Part shown: positions 26,784 through 37,348 of the stretch, piece after piece | Layout of the letters: the number at the start of each line of letters is the position of its first letter | Numbering within the stretch: position 1 is the first letter of the stretch | IMG/VR virus record: IMGVR_UViG_3300032038_000011 | Span: 1 to 64,000 of that record | Source: a virus | Taxonomy: Duplodnaviria > Caudoviricetes | DNA length: 64,000 nt | Strand: one strand, 5' to 3' | The notes under the pieces: model-generated | Told to the model about the DNA's origin: nothing | The model's database searches: none | What the model saw: only the letters and a program-made list of their open reading frames with translations | Translations under genes and position numbers: made by a program

Positions 26784-27356
26784 TTAAAAGTCAAGTAATT
26801 GATTATCATTTGTTAAACCATAGTCAATTATTCGCAAACCAAGTACAGGATGATAACCAATATTAGATGGATTTAAAAAAATATCATCCTCACGCAAATT
26901 AAATTCTTCACACAAATTAACTACACCATCAACAAACTTTTTATATTCGTCAAAATTAATTCCAAACCATTGAAGCCGCGAACCAAGTTTAACACTTAAA
27001 TCTCGTTCACTTAAAGACCAAACTTCTTTTTCATTCATTAGTGGATAAAACTTTGGATAATAAATATCTGGAAGATTTAATAAAGAATAAACAACTTTAA
27101 CTTGTGGAGCTAAAATAGCTCTTTCTTCCGATGAAGCTTCATTATAAATATATAATTCATTATATTGTTGCATAATTGCTTGTTGAGTTATAGTATTTAC
27201 ATTGCATTCTTCAAAAATTTTATGAATAATATCAGGATTTCCATCCTTTGGAAAATTTGGCATTTTTTGTGTTCGCCAAGGAAAGTCATCAAGATTAATT
27301 TCTTTTATAATATAACCTTCCCTGGCATATCTATCATTAATTTTTCTACAAGACAT
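26784..27356 (-). CDS. Protein-kinase-like fold protein (partial motifs)
   Basis: DDIFLNPSNIG...IIDYG resembles the catalytic loop and DFG motif. Confidence 0.5.
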   Translation of the reverse strand: MSCRKINDRYAREGYIIKEINLDDFPWRTQKMPNFPKDGNPDIIHKIFEECNVNTITQQAIMQQYNELYIYNEASSEERAILAPQVKVVYSLLNLPDIYYPKFYPLMNEKEVWSLSERDLSVKLGSRLQWFGINFDEYKKFVDGVVNLCEEFNLREDDIFLNPSNIGYHPVLGLRIIDYGLTNDNQLLDF

Positions 27357-27805
27357 TAATCTTCTCCTAGAAGAGCCTCAAGCTTATTATGGCGATGGTC
27401 AGTACTAGTGTTTAACTTAAAGCAAACATCATTAAGCATTTCAACCGCACGATCAAGATATTTGTCAAAAGTCTGAACGTATAGATTCGCGCGCTTAACA
27501 AAGCTATTATTTAGCTTATCCTTCGCCTTAGAAAAAGCAAGCTTCTTGCCAATTTCTTCATTCCATACATCACTTTCGTCACAAGTAGCTACGCCCCAAA
27601 AACGCTTTGGCATTAAAAGCCTTGGACGTAGATTATTCTTATTACCAAAATAAGTATCGGTACAATCATAAGGAATTTCAAAATTTTTATTGGCAAAATT
27701 TATAAAAAGCTTTTCAGTGTCATCAATAATACAAATAATCTTTCGCTTATCTTCATTTACAATATAGCGGCAATCTTCTGGATGAATATTAAACTTATAC
27801 TTCAT
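27356..27805 (-). CDS. Hypothetical phage protein
   Basis: G.A.C...D.WNEE.GKKLA..KA motif; start at MKYKF behind a GAGGAG RBS. Confidence 0.6.
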   Translation of the reverse strand: MKYKFNIHPEDCRYIVNEDKRKIICIIDDTEKLFINFANKNFEIPYDCTDTYFGNKNNLRPRLLMPKRFWGVATCDESDVWNEEIGKKLAFSKAKDKLNNSFVKRANLYVQTFDKYLDRAVEMLNDVCFKLNTSTDHRHNKLEALLGED

Positions 27806-27963
27806 TTTACTTATTCTCCTCATTCTTAATATTTCTTGCTTCACGAATTAGGGCATTAATTAGATGTTCATTTACAGTTTCACTTCTTGCACGAAGTAAA
27901 TTAATTCGATATTCAATTCGCTTTAACATAGTTTCTTTACTTAAAAACATATTTTATTACTCC

Positions 27964-28689
27964 TTAATAACCATTTGATACTAATTCTTCAACTAAATTA
28001 CCAAAAACAAATTGTTCCATTCGTTTTTGAAGTTCTTTTGCCATAGTTCTATAAGTCCGAACTTGAGTAGAATTTAAATTATGATAAACTTCTTCAGCAT
28101 GACATAAAGCCTGCTTTTCAAGAGAAGCAAACATTCTTTCAAAATCTTCTAAGGCAGGAAGATATACTTTTTCATCAAAACGCATTTTTCGTGCTGGTTC
28201 ATCTTTCCAGAAAGAATCAATTACTTTAAAATCATTGCTCATTAGTTTAAGAACAAAATTCATCCAAAAAGTTGCACGTGAAGCACTTTTACGATTTACT
28301 CCATAACGTTCAAAAGAATTAAAAACTGTTCCTTTAACGGCCCTAAGAAATTGCGGGAAAACCATTACAAGATAACCTTGTTTAAATAAATCTTGTGCGA
28401 GACTCATATACAAGTCAAAATCAACAAATAATTCTTCAGTTTCTCTACTCCAAAGCATTTCCAAACAATTGGGATTTCCTACCTGAAGATTTCTATCAAA
28501 AGCTCGCACATCCATAGGAGAATAATGTTCTTTATCTAAACCTTTTGGAACATCATTTTTTTCTACTCTTTTATAATGATAAAAATCTTCTGCTTCAGGG
28601 CAAAGAAAAACTTTATAATCTTTATCAGAATCTGGACCATCCAATCCATAATTCTGGGAACCATACAACACGTGACCAACATCTAACAT
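27964..28689 (-). CDS. Pol-beta superfamily nucleotidyltransferase (RlaP/Nuc-transf-like)
   Basis: YGSQNYGL...SDKD and GNPN.LE.L motifs. Confidence 0.75.
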   Translation of the reverse strand: MLDVGHVLYGSQNYGLDGPDSDKDYKVFLCPEAEDFYHYKRVEKNDVPKGLDKEHYSPMDVRAFDRNLQVGNPNCLEMLWSRETEELFVDFDLYMSLAQDLFKQGYLVMVFPQFLRAVKGTVFNSFERYGVNRKSASRATFWMNFVLKLMSNDFKVIDSFWKDEPARKMRFDEKVYLPALEDFERMFASLEKQALCHAEEVYHNLNSTQVRTYRTMAKELQKRMEQFVFGNLVEELVSNGY

Positions 28690-28940
28690 TAATTATCCTC
28701 TAACTTTCTGCCGCAAAAAGGGCAATACTCAAAATGAACAATATAAGCCAAAGCTAAATGTTGAAGTTCTCCATTCTCTTTAGTTAATCTATCATCAGTA
28801 AAAGTAATTACTGTATAACCATCGCCATCTAAAGAAATACTATCTACATTAATACCAGTAGGACTAATTGGTGTTTGCTTTTCTATTGGAAGTATATATC
28901 TATCTCTTTCTTTAAAATCTAAAGTACAATATTTACACAT
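28689..28940 (-). CDS. Small Zn-binding protein
   Basis: MCKYC...YCPFCGRKL. Confidence 0.6.
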   Translation of the reverse strand: MCKYCTLDFKERDRYILPIEKQTPISPTGINVDSISLDGDGYTVITFTDDRLTKENGELQHLALAYIVHFEYCPFCGRKLEDN

Positions 28941-29129
28941 TTCAATTTACCAACCTTTCTCCACAAATAGGACAATAATTTATATTTATATTTCTATGAA
29001 AAGAATCTACTCCATTATAATCGCCAAATACTATTTGAGGAGGAATATGTTTATTATTCATAATATAAAGATAAATAATATCATCATTTAAAACATATTG
29101 AGTATTTTCTTTTTCACAATATTTACATA

Positions 29130-29555
29130 TTACTTAAACTTCTCCTCTACAAAACCTCTAGTGGTAGTATAGAAAATTCGCTTCACGCCCAAGTCTCGCA
29201 AAAGACGGTAGCAGGATTCACAACACCTGCTATTTGCCAGAGAACCATCTTTATATTCTCTATACAAATAAATATCTACCTTTGCCCAATTCAAGTTATC
29301 ACCAAACTTCCAACGCAATCGCTGCACGAGAGAAGTTTCGCAATGAGTTTTGGGCGGGAGAGAAGGATTATTATAACGATAAATATTATAACGAGCTTGA
29401 AGTGGAGAGGTTTTATCAGTATTCCACGCTTCGGCTACGATACTGCCTTTATATACCGCAACCGCGCCAATCGCAGGAGAATTACTAGTGCCTTTATTTT
29501 TGTAATCTGCTTTCTTAGATGCTTCGCGTGCGAATTTGAAAAACCTCTCGTTCAC
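29130..29555 (-). CDS. Zn-dependent nucleoside/nucleotide deaminase (CDA/TadA fold)
   Basis: IGAVAV...HCE...SRCCESC...GVKRIFYTT. Confidence 0.75.
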   Translation of the reverse strand: MNERFFKFAREASKKADYKNKGTSNSPAIGAVAVYKGSIVAEAWNTDKTSPLQARYNIYRYNNPSLPPKTHCETSLVQRLRWKFGDNLNWAKVDIYLYREYKDGSLANSRCCESCYRLLRDLGVKRIFYTTTRGFVEEKFK

Positions 29556-29609
29556 TTCAAAATATCCCCTTTCCTTGCTTACATATTTATTATACTATAA
29601 TTTAGGGAA

Positions 29610-30409
29610 TTAGTCAAATATAACCCATTTATTGATGAAATCAGGATTTTGAGAAACCATTGGCATTTCTAGATCAATAGTAAACTTATCACGCATAATA
29701 GAAGACTGTGTGCCATCTTCGTTGTTATGATAAATTTCGTGCGGCTGCTTATAAATAGCAATACCATTTTTAAACCAAGTGGGGTATTTAGACCAATTTA
29801 CCTGATGCTCTTGCCAAAGCATTTCTTGAATCTGGTCGCAATTCTTATTTTGAAGTTGTTTTTGCGAAAAATAAGCTTGACCTGCGAGTTGAATAGAATT
29901 ACGAACGCAGTCTAGTTGTCGCCAATAAATATAATTAGCAACCTCTTCTCGTGGGATAATAAATGCACGAGCATCAAATACGCAAAGTTTTTCACTATAA
30001 GCTTTATAATGAGCTGATCCATTTGATTGCTCTTTTGAAGATAAGATAGCTGTGAAAAAGTTTTGCCTAAAAAAGAAAGTAGCCATACTTGCGGAAATAC
30101 TTACAATCTTTTGTAGATTATTTCCAAACCAAGGCTCGGTATTAATATTCTTATAATCTACTAGAACCAGAGAAATCTCGTCGCTTTGCGTATAGCCTAG
30201 TACACAACCGCTAATGTTTTCGCAAAGTTGCTTTGCGGTTTCCCGCATACATTGGGCAAATAAAGCATCGTATGGTCGATTAAAACCTTTTGTAAAGCTA
30301 TGAAACGCACGGCCATCAATACGCACAATTACAGCTTGCCGCTTCGGTAAATAAATACGATAACAATTTTCGTATGCCTTCATACGAGCGCCTAAATCTG
30401 AATGATCCA
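29610..30409 (-). CDS. Thg1-like tRNA(His) guanylyltransferase / 3'-5' polymerase
   Basis: RIDGRAFHSFT, YTQSDEISL, FDARAF, WRQ.D..RNS. Confidence 0.9.
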
Positions 30410-31207
30410 TTAATATTCTGAATCTCCTTTCTTCCACTTTTCTTCACTACTATCTTCATAATATGGATCATGATAACCACTATAATCAATTATAGCAAAA
30501 TGACCATCAATATCTCCAATATTATTTAAATGTAAATCATTAATATCCCATTCAAGACTAAATTGAGAAAAAGCTTTATATTCATCCATTCCATACTCTC
30601 GAATAAAAGCAGTAGCTACTGCTATATTACGAGAACGAAGAGGGCTTGCGACTTTTTTCGCAAGATTAGATGTCGCACGATCCGCAGGACCGCAATCATA
30701 ACTTTCTGCTTTACGATATGCGTAAAGAGGAATAGAAATGGTTATAGGACAAACTGGTCCGAATTTTTCTTCATTTTCTAAAAATTTTTTTTCAAAACAG
30801 TCTGGGTCATAATCGTAAAAATCGCCTATATTTTCTTCAATATCATTAAAATTATAAAAATTAATTGTACGAATATAAGTTCCAAGATATATTACTTCAG
30901 CAAAATAACGTTCAAGAGCATACGCCTTTGAAGCATTATAGATTTCAACTTCTCGCTCACAAGGGCTTCCAAAAGCGTCCTCTTCTACATCAAATTTTAC
31001 TACCCAATCATAATCCTGGTCAATAAGACAAGTTCGAGTAGCTCCGCTACTAATAAGAAGCCTCGCGGGAAGTTCTTCATAATCATTTCCATCTATAATA
31101 TCAGAAAAACCATAGGGCCTCTGAAAATACATATCAAAAAACAAAGAATTTTCCAACATTTCATCAATTATTGTAGAAAAATGATTGAAGATTTCTTGCT
31201 TACTCAT
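30410..31207 (-). CDS. Protein-kinase-like protein
   Basis: SSGATR, VVKF, E, DLHLNNIG, IIDYSG; start at MSKQE downstream of promoter 31236..31264. Confidence 0.65.
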   Translation of the reverse strand: MSKQEIFNHFSTIIDEMLENSLFFDMYFQRPYGFSDIIDGNDYEELPARLLISSGATRTCLIDQDYDWVVKFDVEEDAFGSPCEREVEIYNASKAYALERYFAEVIYLGTYIRTINFYNFNDIEENIGDFYDYDPDCFEKKFLENEEKFGPVCPITISIPLYAYRKAESYDCGPADRATSNLAKKVASPLRSRNIAVATAFIREYGMDEYKAFSQFSLEWDINDLHLNNIGDIDGHFAIIDYSGYHDPYYEDSSEEKWKKGDSEY

Positions 31208-31346
31208 AATATTCTCCTTTTCACTTTCTGTAATAATTATATCATATTTTTTATTTGAAGTCAATTAATTAAACTGTTAAAACCACCTATACGAAAAATG
31301 CTATAATTAAAATGATAATAGTAATTGGTGATATAATTTTCTCCTT

Positions 31347-31616
31347 TTACCATAAATCTTCACTATATAAAGTTCCAATAGCTTCATTACTCTTAATTTG
31401 CCCGCATTCACACGCATGAAGCCAAGCATCTACACGATTTACAAATTCTTCTTTTCCTGTTTTAGGGTCATAAGCAATAAAACCTTGTTCTACCTCATTT
31501 TTATTATACTGACAATGAAGCATTTTCATCCAATCAAAAAAATCTGCATGCCTATGAACTGGAAAGATATTTTCTTCACCATTGACAATAGCGCGACAAG
31601 CTGCGGAAATAATCAT
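31347..31616 (-). CDS. Conserved hypothetical phage protein
   Basis: HRH...EQGF...FV.R..A...GQ...LYSEDLW. Confidence 0.6.
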   Translation of the reverse strand: MIISAACRAIVNGEENIFPVHRHADFFDWMKMLHCQYNKNEVEQGFIAYDPKTGKEEFVNRVDAWLHACECGQIKSNEAIGTLYSEDLW

Positions 31617-31621
31617 TTTTC

Positions 31622-32799
31622 TTACTCCTTAAAATCAATTAAATAATCTTCTATAGGATAGAAACAAATCTTTTTCTTATATCGTTTCTCTAAATAATCT
31701 TTAAATTCTTCCTCATTATAATAATTGAAAACTTCTGTTTCCAATTCCGAAGGAAGTTCTATTTCATTTTCATGACAATATTCTTCTATTGCTCCCATCA
31801 TATCTCCTAATTTGGCATATTGTTTCAAGAAAGGAATAAAATCAATAGTGTCTAAAAATTCTTTATTAATTTGAAATTGCTTAGTAAAATCTACTATATT
31901 CATATTAAGCCACCCTAAAAAATAATTTCCAAAGTAGTGGATGTTTTTTGATTTTATAATAAATATCTTCAATAAGAGTTTTATTAACAACTTGATAATT
32001 TCCAGTATCTATAACCCATCCTTCAGGAGAAATAAAAGCACCTTGAATAAAACGACTAAATTGAAGGTATTCTTCTTCTAAATTAAAACTAAAATAAGCT
32101 TTATTAAACTTAGACATAGCATCTTCCATTCTTTCTTTATCCATTTACCAATAATTCTCCTTTTAATTTTGAAAATGTTTTATAAATTCGTCTAAATAAT
32201 CGTAATCATAATAACTTTCTAATGGCTTTCTATGTGAGATAATTGCCTTACTTGAAGTTGTTTCAACTCCACCAAAGCAACTTTTTTCATATTTATCACA
32301 AATTTCACATTTTTGTGGGCAAGTTGTACTATTATTCTTTAATTCATTTTCTGCATTTACAGAAGTAGTAAATTGCTTCCAAGTTTGTTCTAGTGATTTT
32401 GCGTCACCACTAGTGCCTCTTTGATAATTATCCCACCATCCTTTGTCATCAAATGGTATTACAGTTGTTTTATCTGTTTGAATTGTAGTTTCTTTATTAC
32501 TGCAATAAAAACACATAGGTGTAGTAGGGCTATATACTCTGCCGCACTCAGGACAACGCCAACCTTGAGGACCCCAACTTTGATAATTTGGATTATACAT
32601 TTTTATTTTCCTCCTTCTGGCTTATCGCACAGCACATTTGAGCATAGTTTGGTTGTGCTATTTGATTACTTTGTATCATATCGCGCAAACACATTTGCAT
32701 ATTAGAATAAAATGGATAAGCACACGAACCTAAAGTTCCACTTGAAACTTGTAGCATTGTGCCACAACAAGGGCACATAATAATACAACTATTCTCCAT
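31622..32799 (-). CDS. Run of small hypothetical ORFs (31622, 31905, 32163, 32593)
   Basis: ORF track, coupled start/stop codons; two have CxxC motifs. Confidence 0.55.
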
Positions 32800-33007
32800 C
32801 TCGTAACCTCTTAATTTCTCTATTAATATACCATATTGCCTTTTCTAAATCTTCAATTTCTTTATCAGGATTTTTAATACCTGCTCGCGCGATATATTTT
32901 ACTGCATTGCCTCTATTGAAATTAAGATTCCATGCTTCAATAGCATCAATAACTTCTATTCCGCTATCTGCGAAATAATGATTAGGATGATTTACATTTT
33001 CAGACAT
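32789..33007 (-). CDS. DUF3310 (SaV-like) protein
   Basis: VNHPNHY...IEVID...GNAVKY..RAG.K...EDL.KA.WY. Confidence 0.8.
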   Translation of the reverse strand: MSENVNHPNHYFADSGIEVIDAIEAWNLNFNRGNAVKYIARAGIKNPDKEIEDLEKAIWYINREIKRLRDGE

Positions 33008-33136
33008 ACATTTCTCCTTTAAAAATATTCAAACAATATAAAATCTCCAATATACATAAAACGTAAAATTAAAGCAAAAAATAATATGATAAAAATAATT
33101 GTAAAGCAATCTAAATTATTATAAAAATTTTTCATT

Positions 33137-33523
33137 TTAATTTTTCCAAATAATATAACCACATTCACTTAAATCTCCAGGATAAAACCAATTTAACCAA
33201 GGAGATTGCTGTTTCGCGCGGAAACTTTTTAATTCAGCATTATATTTATTTATGCTTTCTACTAAAGTTCTTTCTTTATATTTTTCTTGATGTGTAACAT
33301 AATATTCAAGATTTGCATAATCAATATTTAATTGCGTTGCTTTTTCACGGCTTTCTACTCCGCAACAAATCATTGTAATTATTAATGCAAATAAAATAAT
33401 ACAAGCAAGCGTACAAAAAGCAAAACCGCCCATATTTATATCTTCATCATTTTTTTCTTTCCCATACCACATTAAAAAAATAGATAAAGCGAGAATATTT
33501 AAGCAAATAAGAAAAATTAGCAT
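33137..33523 (-). CDS. Membrane protein (2 TM)
   Basis: Two hydrophobic segments. Confidence 0.6.
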   Translation of the reverse strand: MLIFLICLNILALSIFLMWYGKEKNDEDINMGGFAFCTLACIILFALIITMICCGVESREKATQLNIDYANLEYYVTHQEKYKERTLVESINKYNAELKSFRAKQQSPWLNWFYPGDLSECGYIIWKN

Positions 33524-33532
33524 ATTAAACTC

Positions 33533-34270
33533 CTATTTAGTTAATTTTAATAAATATTTATTACTTAAAATATCTTCAATAGTTAATTCATCAAGAACCC
33601 AATATGGAATACGTTTTAATGGAATATTATTATTATAACACCATTGATTTTTAAAATTGTCTCGTTCTTGAGTTTTTTGAAAAACTTCTATAGTATTCCA
33701 ATTACCAGTAATTTGAAAATGTTGTATTCCATCATACTCTAATAAAAAACTATTTTCAATATAAAAATCAAATTTTGCTAAAGCATTAGTATTTGGAAAA
33801 ATACAAGTGCTAAATGTTTTTTGTGTTTCAAAATAAATATTATTTTCTTGTAAAAGTTGTATAATTTTATATTCACCATAAGATTTTAAACATCCACAAC
33901 TTTTAATATGCCCGTTAAGTAAATCACGTCCAGATACTAAAGTTTCATTTCCACAATTACAACGACATTTATATAATATATGTCTATCATTTGTTCGTCC
34001 AGCATTTTCTAATACTGTTAAATTATAAAAAGTTAAACCAATTAAATCTTTTATTTTACTTTTATTTCCACATTCAACACATCTTCTAGTAGGATTATTT
34101 TTCCTAGTTAAACTACCTCCACAAACAGTAAAAATTTTTCCACATGAACATTGACATTTCCAATATGGACGGTTATTTTTTATATTATGCTCATTAACAT
34201 AATTAAAATCTCGTTCTAATACTTTTAAACCATCAAAATCTTTACCAGTTAAATCTTTTACACTGGCCAT
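33533..34270 (-). CDS. Putative homing endonuclease (Zn-ribbon repeats + PD-(D/E)XK/Vsr-like domain)
   Basis: W.C.C.CG...SCGC repeats; FDFY...EYDG.QHF...D..KN..C...I.L.RI.Y. Confidence 0.7.
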   Translation of the reverse strand: MASVKDLTGKDFDGLKVLERDFNYVNEHNIKNNRPYWKCQCSCGKIFTVCGGSLTRKNNPTRRCVECGNKSKIKDLIGLTFYNLTVLENAGRTNDRHILYKCRCNCGNETLVSGRDLLNGHIKSCGCLKSYGEYKIIQLLQENNIYFETQKTFSTCIFPNTNALAKFDFYIENSFLLEYDGIQHFQITGNWNTIEVFQKTQERDNFKNQWCYNNNIPLKRIPYWVLDELTIEDILSNKYLLKLTK

Positions 34271-34276
34271 TTTTTA

Positions 34277-34474
34277 TCACTCCATAATTTGCCAAAATTG
34301 AGAGGCAATATTTTGAAGAGTATAATATAATTTTTCTTCATTTTTAGTAGATAAGCCTTTTTGATTATGCAACCATTTACTTAATGTAGTTAAATCGACT
34401 TTCATAATTTTAGCAATATAACTAAGTGACATACCATTATCTACAAAAAATTGTAATTTTTCTTTTAAAGTCAT
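34277..34474 (-). CDS. Small HTH protein upstream of the endonuclease
   Basis: GMSLSYIAKIMKVDLTTLSKWL. Confidence 0.6.
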   Translation of the reverse strand: MTLKEKLQFFVDNGMSLSYIAKIMKVDLTTLSKWLHNQKGLSTKNEEKLYYTLQNIASQFWQIME

Positions 34475-34511
34475 AATATACCCTCCTTTCATTTTGAAAA
34501 TGATAATATTA

Positions 34512-35373
34512 TCAAGATTCTTTGGCATTTTCTGCCAAATTTTTTTGATTTATAACTATTCCGTTATAAGATTTATTATACTCTAATTTTTGTTTATTTT
34601 TACAAATTGGACAATAAACATATGAATTTTCATATATTTCATTATCTTTTACATCAACGATTAATGCAGAACAATTTTCACAAATAAACCATAGGCCAGG
34701 ATGTTTTGCTGATAATACTTTCATTAAATAAAACCACTTCCATTATCATCATCTATAAAGAGAATAAAAATAGAAAGAAGAATGATTAGTAAATATGCGC
34801 TAATATGCATCTTCATCACCTAATGTATTTTCATCACAAAAACTATTTTTAGAAGTAAAATACCAATGAATTGGTTCATCATCAAGAACAGCAAAATCAG
34901 TTTTATACGCGCAATAACCAAAATCTCCATCAGTGTTTATGGTTGGATGCTCTTGCTCAAAATATTCACAATTGCGACAACATCGCACATTTATTTGAGC
35001 TGGAACAGTTTTGTTTTCTGTAATTTCTGGCTCAATATCATCAATTATATCTAAAATTTTATTTAAATGAGTATCTTTTAAATATTGTTCTAAAATTTCC
35101 CTACTATAGTATTTCAATGTCGTCTCCCCTAGAAGCATGATCATCATTACAAAAGCTATTTGTATCTACACGAATATAATGAGGAGTATACTTACCTTCT
35201 CCTTCAAAAGAAAGTCTCCTACACCAACCACGTGTGACATCTTGAAAAGGTTGAACGCCATCAATTTCAAAGAACGGACAATCGCGGCAAAACCTTACAT
35301 TGATTGTATATCCTTGGCCTTCAGCAGAAGCAATATCATCATCATCAACAAATGCGTTATAAATATATTCCAT
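34512..35373 (-). CDS. Three small Cys-rich hypothetical ORFs (34512, 34800, 35104)
   Basis: CxxC motifs; 34800 and 35104 share INVR.C..C..F...NSFC. Confidence 0.55.
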
Positions 35374-35388
35374 ATTAAAAATCTCCTA

Positions 35389-36264
35389 TTAATGCGCTGC
35401 TAAATCTGCTTCATGAAGAAGCATTAATTCATTCCAAAGTTCTTCACCTAAACGCTCTCGCCAAGTAGCTTGTGCGCGCGAATCCATATAAGGAATCATA
35501 TGATAATTTATTAATGTAGCACAATGGTAAGAATCGCCCAGATTTAAAGAAAGATAAGCACTAACATTTTCGTGATTAGGGTAATGAGCATTTTTACCAT
35601 TATCTTTCTTCCAATATTCTTGCGTCCAAGCTTTACCAAAATCATGCCCTAATGCTGCTTCACAAATATAAGTCTTAAAATTATTTTTAAGAGTATAATC
35701 ATAGGCGTTAACACAATGCTCAAATAAAGTTAAAGTATGATGTTCATTTTTTTGATCGCCAAAATTAAGAACTTGATTAAGAATTTTATGGTATACTTCT
35801 CGTCTTTCTTCATAAGTACAATTGTGAACTACATCAATAATATCAAAACCCTCATTATAAACCGGAAGCTGTAGGGTCTTTAACTGCTTCATAAAAAGCC
35901 AATCCGGAACTTGACGTTCACGCATCTTATTCTGCTTCTGGCATACTTCTATCGGAGTATTAAAAACAACTGCGCGAATAATAGCATCCGGCCGCACGCT
36001 CTTCATCTGACGAATAGCATGAAGTCGATACTTCATAGTAAGATTGGTAGAACAGAAAATAACAGACTTATCCGCGCGCAGAGCATCTTTTGCGCGCTTA
36101 TAGATAAGATTAAAAACCTTATCCGGATTATCCTGGCAGGTAGCATCGCCATAAAGCTCTTCGCGCACAGCATCAGAATCTAGTACAACATAACCTTTCT
36201 GCTTATAAGCCCAAGTGGTCTTACCCGAAGCAGCAATGCCTACACAAAATACAACCTCTACCAT
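35389..36264 (-). CDS. Polynucleotide kinase-like (P-loop) + HD-domain protein
   Basis: GIAASGKTT, DSD.VR, R.R.VP; HH.LTL.EH...HDFGK...HE...HM...H.AD. Confidence 0.8.
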   Translation of the reverse strand: MVEVVFCVGIAASGKTTWAYKQKGYVVLDSDAVREELYGDATCQDNPDKVFNLIYKRAKDALRADKSVIFCSTNLTMKYRLHAIRQMKSVRPDAIIRAVVFNTPIEVCQKQNKMRERQVPDWLFMKQLKTLQLPVYNEGFDIIDVVHNCTYEERREVYHKILNQVLNFGDQKNEHHTLTLFEHCVNAYDYTLKNNFKTYICEAALGHDFGKAWTQEYWKKDNGKNAHYPNHENVSAYLSLNLGDSYHCATLINYHMIPYMDSRAQATWRERLGEELWNELMLLHEADLAAH

Positions 36265-36277
36265 AAGTTCTCCTTTC

Positions 36278-36628
36278 TTAATGCGCGATAAATTTAGCGT
36301 TATCTGGAAAGTCATGAATTAATCGTTTTGGCAAATCTCCTATAAACCAAAGAGAATGAGTTTTTACAATTACTCCATCGTTAAATTGGATTTCCCAATA
36401 TTTTCCACCCATTCCATGAGGTTCATCTTTTTCGCTACCAATTTGATAAGCTTTTCTATCAATAATAACGTATTCATGATTTCTATCATTTATTACTCTT
36501 GCGGCAAATTTATCCCAGTGATAAAATTCATAACAGTTATTTTTGCCACAAATATAACTATTTGGGCCAATATTATAATAAAAATCACCTTGAATCTTTT
36601 GGCCGCAAACATAACAATACTTATCCAT
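36278..36628 (-). CDS. Hypothetical protein
   Basis: ORF with promoter at 36659..36687. Confidence 0.6.
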   Translation of the reverse strand: MDKYCYVCGQKIQGDFYYNIGPNSYICGKNNCYEFYHWDKFAARVINDRNHEYVIIDRKAYQIGSEKDEPHGMGGKYWEIQFNDGVIVKTHSLWFIGDLPKRLIHDFPDNAKFIAH

Positions 36629-36709
36629 AAACCTCTTCCCTTTCTTTTTTCTATATATATTATAGCAAAAAATAAAAAGGAAGTCAAGTATTGACTTGAC
36701 TTCCTTATT

Positions 36710-37348
36710 TTATTGAATTAATTTCCAAACATCTGGAAAATCACGTGGAGCCCACATATTATTATCTATTAAAGATTCGTAAATGTGTTCACCAATACGT
36801 GTTCTATCGCCTATATTATAATTTTCTTTATTAATCTCATTCCATTCTTCAACCAAATCTGGAGGAGTTTTAATTTTTTCATAACAATCAGTATTTAATA
36901 CTGGATTTGCGTCATTAATAGGAGTTTGAATTACATTATATAATTTTCCATTATATAATACTTTATCTCCTTTTTGATATTTATTATTATAAGACCACTC
37001 TTCATATAAAAATTTTATTTTATAAGCATCATCATTTGAAAGCAAATTTAGTGCTTTAGATAATATTTTTCTGGAATTTAAGATTTGTTTCTGAGTGATA
37101 TTTTGAAAATCTCCAATTAGAGTTTGACAAATAAAATGTTCGTCAGCAATTGGTGCAGGAATAGCCACATTAGTTTCTGAAAATTTTTCAGCTTCTTTTT
37201 CATTTGCTACAATTATTTCTGAATATATTTGGCCTTGATACTCAAGAAAGAAATTTTTATCTGAATAAACTTTAATTAAAGGAGTTGAAGAGTTTGGACT
37301 AATATATCTTTCTTTTATTATCATTATTATACCCTCCTTTAAATACAA
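36710..37348 (-). CDS. CBM5/12-like repeat tail-associated protein
   Basis: Y..GDKV.Y.G.LY; YESLIDNN.WAP. Confidence 0.65.
   Translation of the reverse strand: MYLKEGIIMIIKERYISPNSSTPLIKVYSDKNFFLEYQGQIYSEIIVANEKEAEKFSETNVAIPAPIADEHFICQTLIGDFQNITQKQILNSRKILSKALNLLSNDDAYKIKFLYEEWSYNNKYQKGDKVLYNGKLYNVIQTPINDANPVLNTDCYEKIKTPPDLVEEWNEINKENYNIGDRTRIGEHIYESLIDNNMWAPRDFPDVWKLIQ

Noticed and set aside
33533-34474. Intron around the endonuclease/HTH pair
   Set aside because: Flanking ORFs are intact and abut directly, leaving no room for intron RNA structure; treated as free-standing
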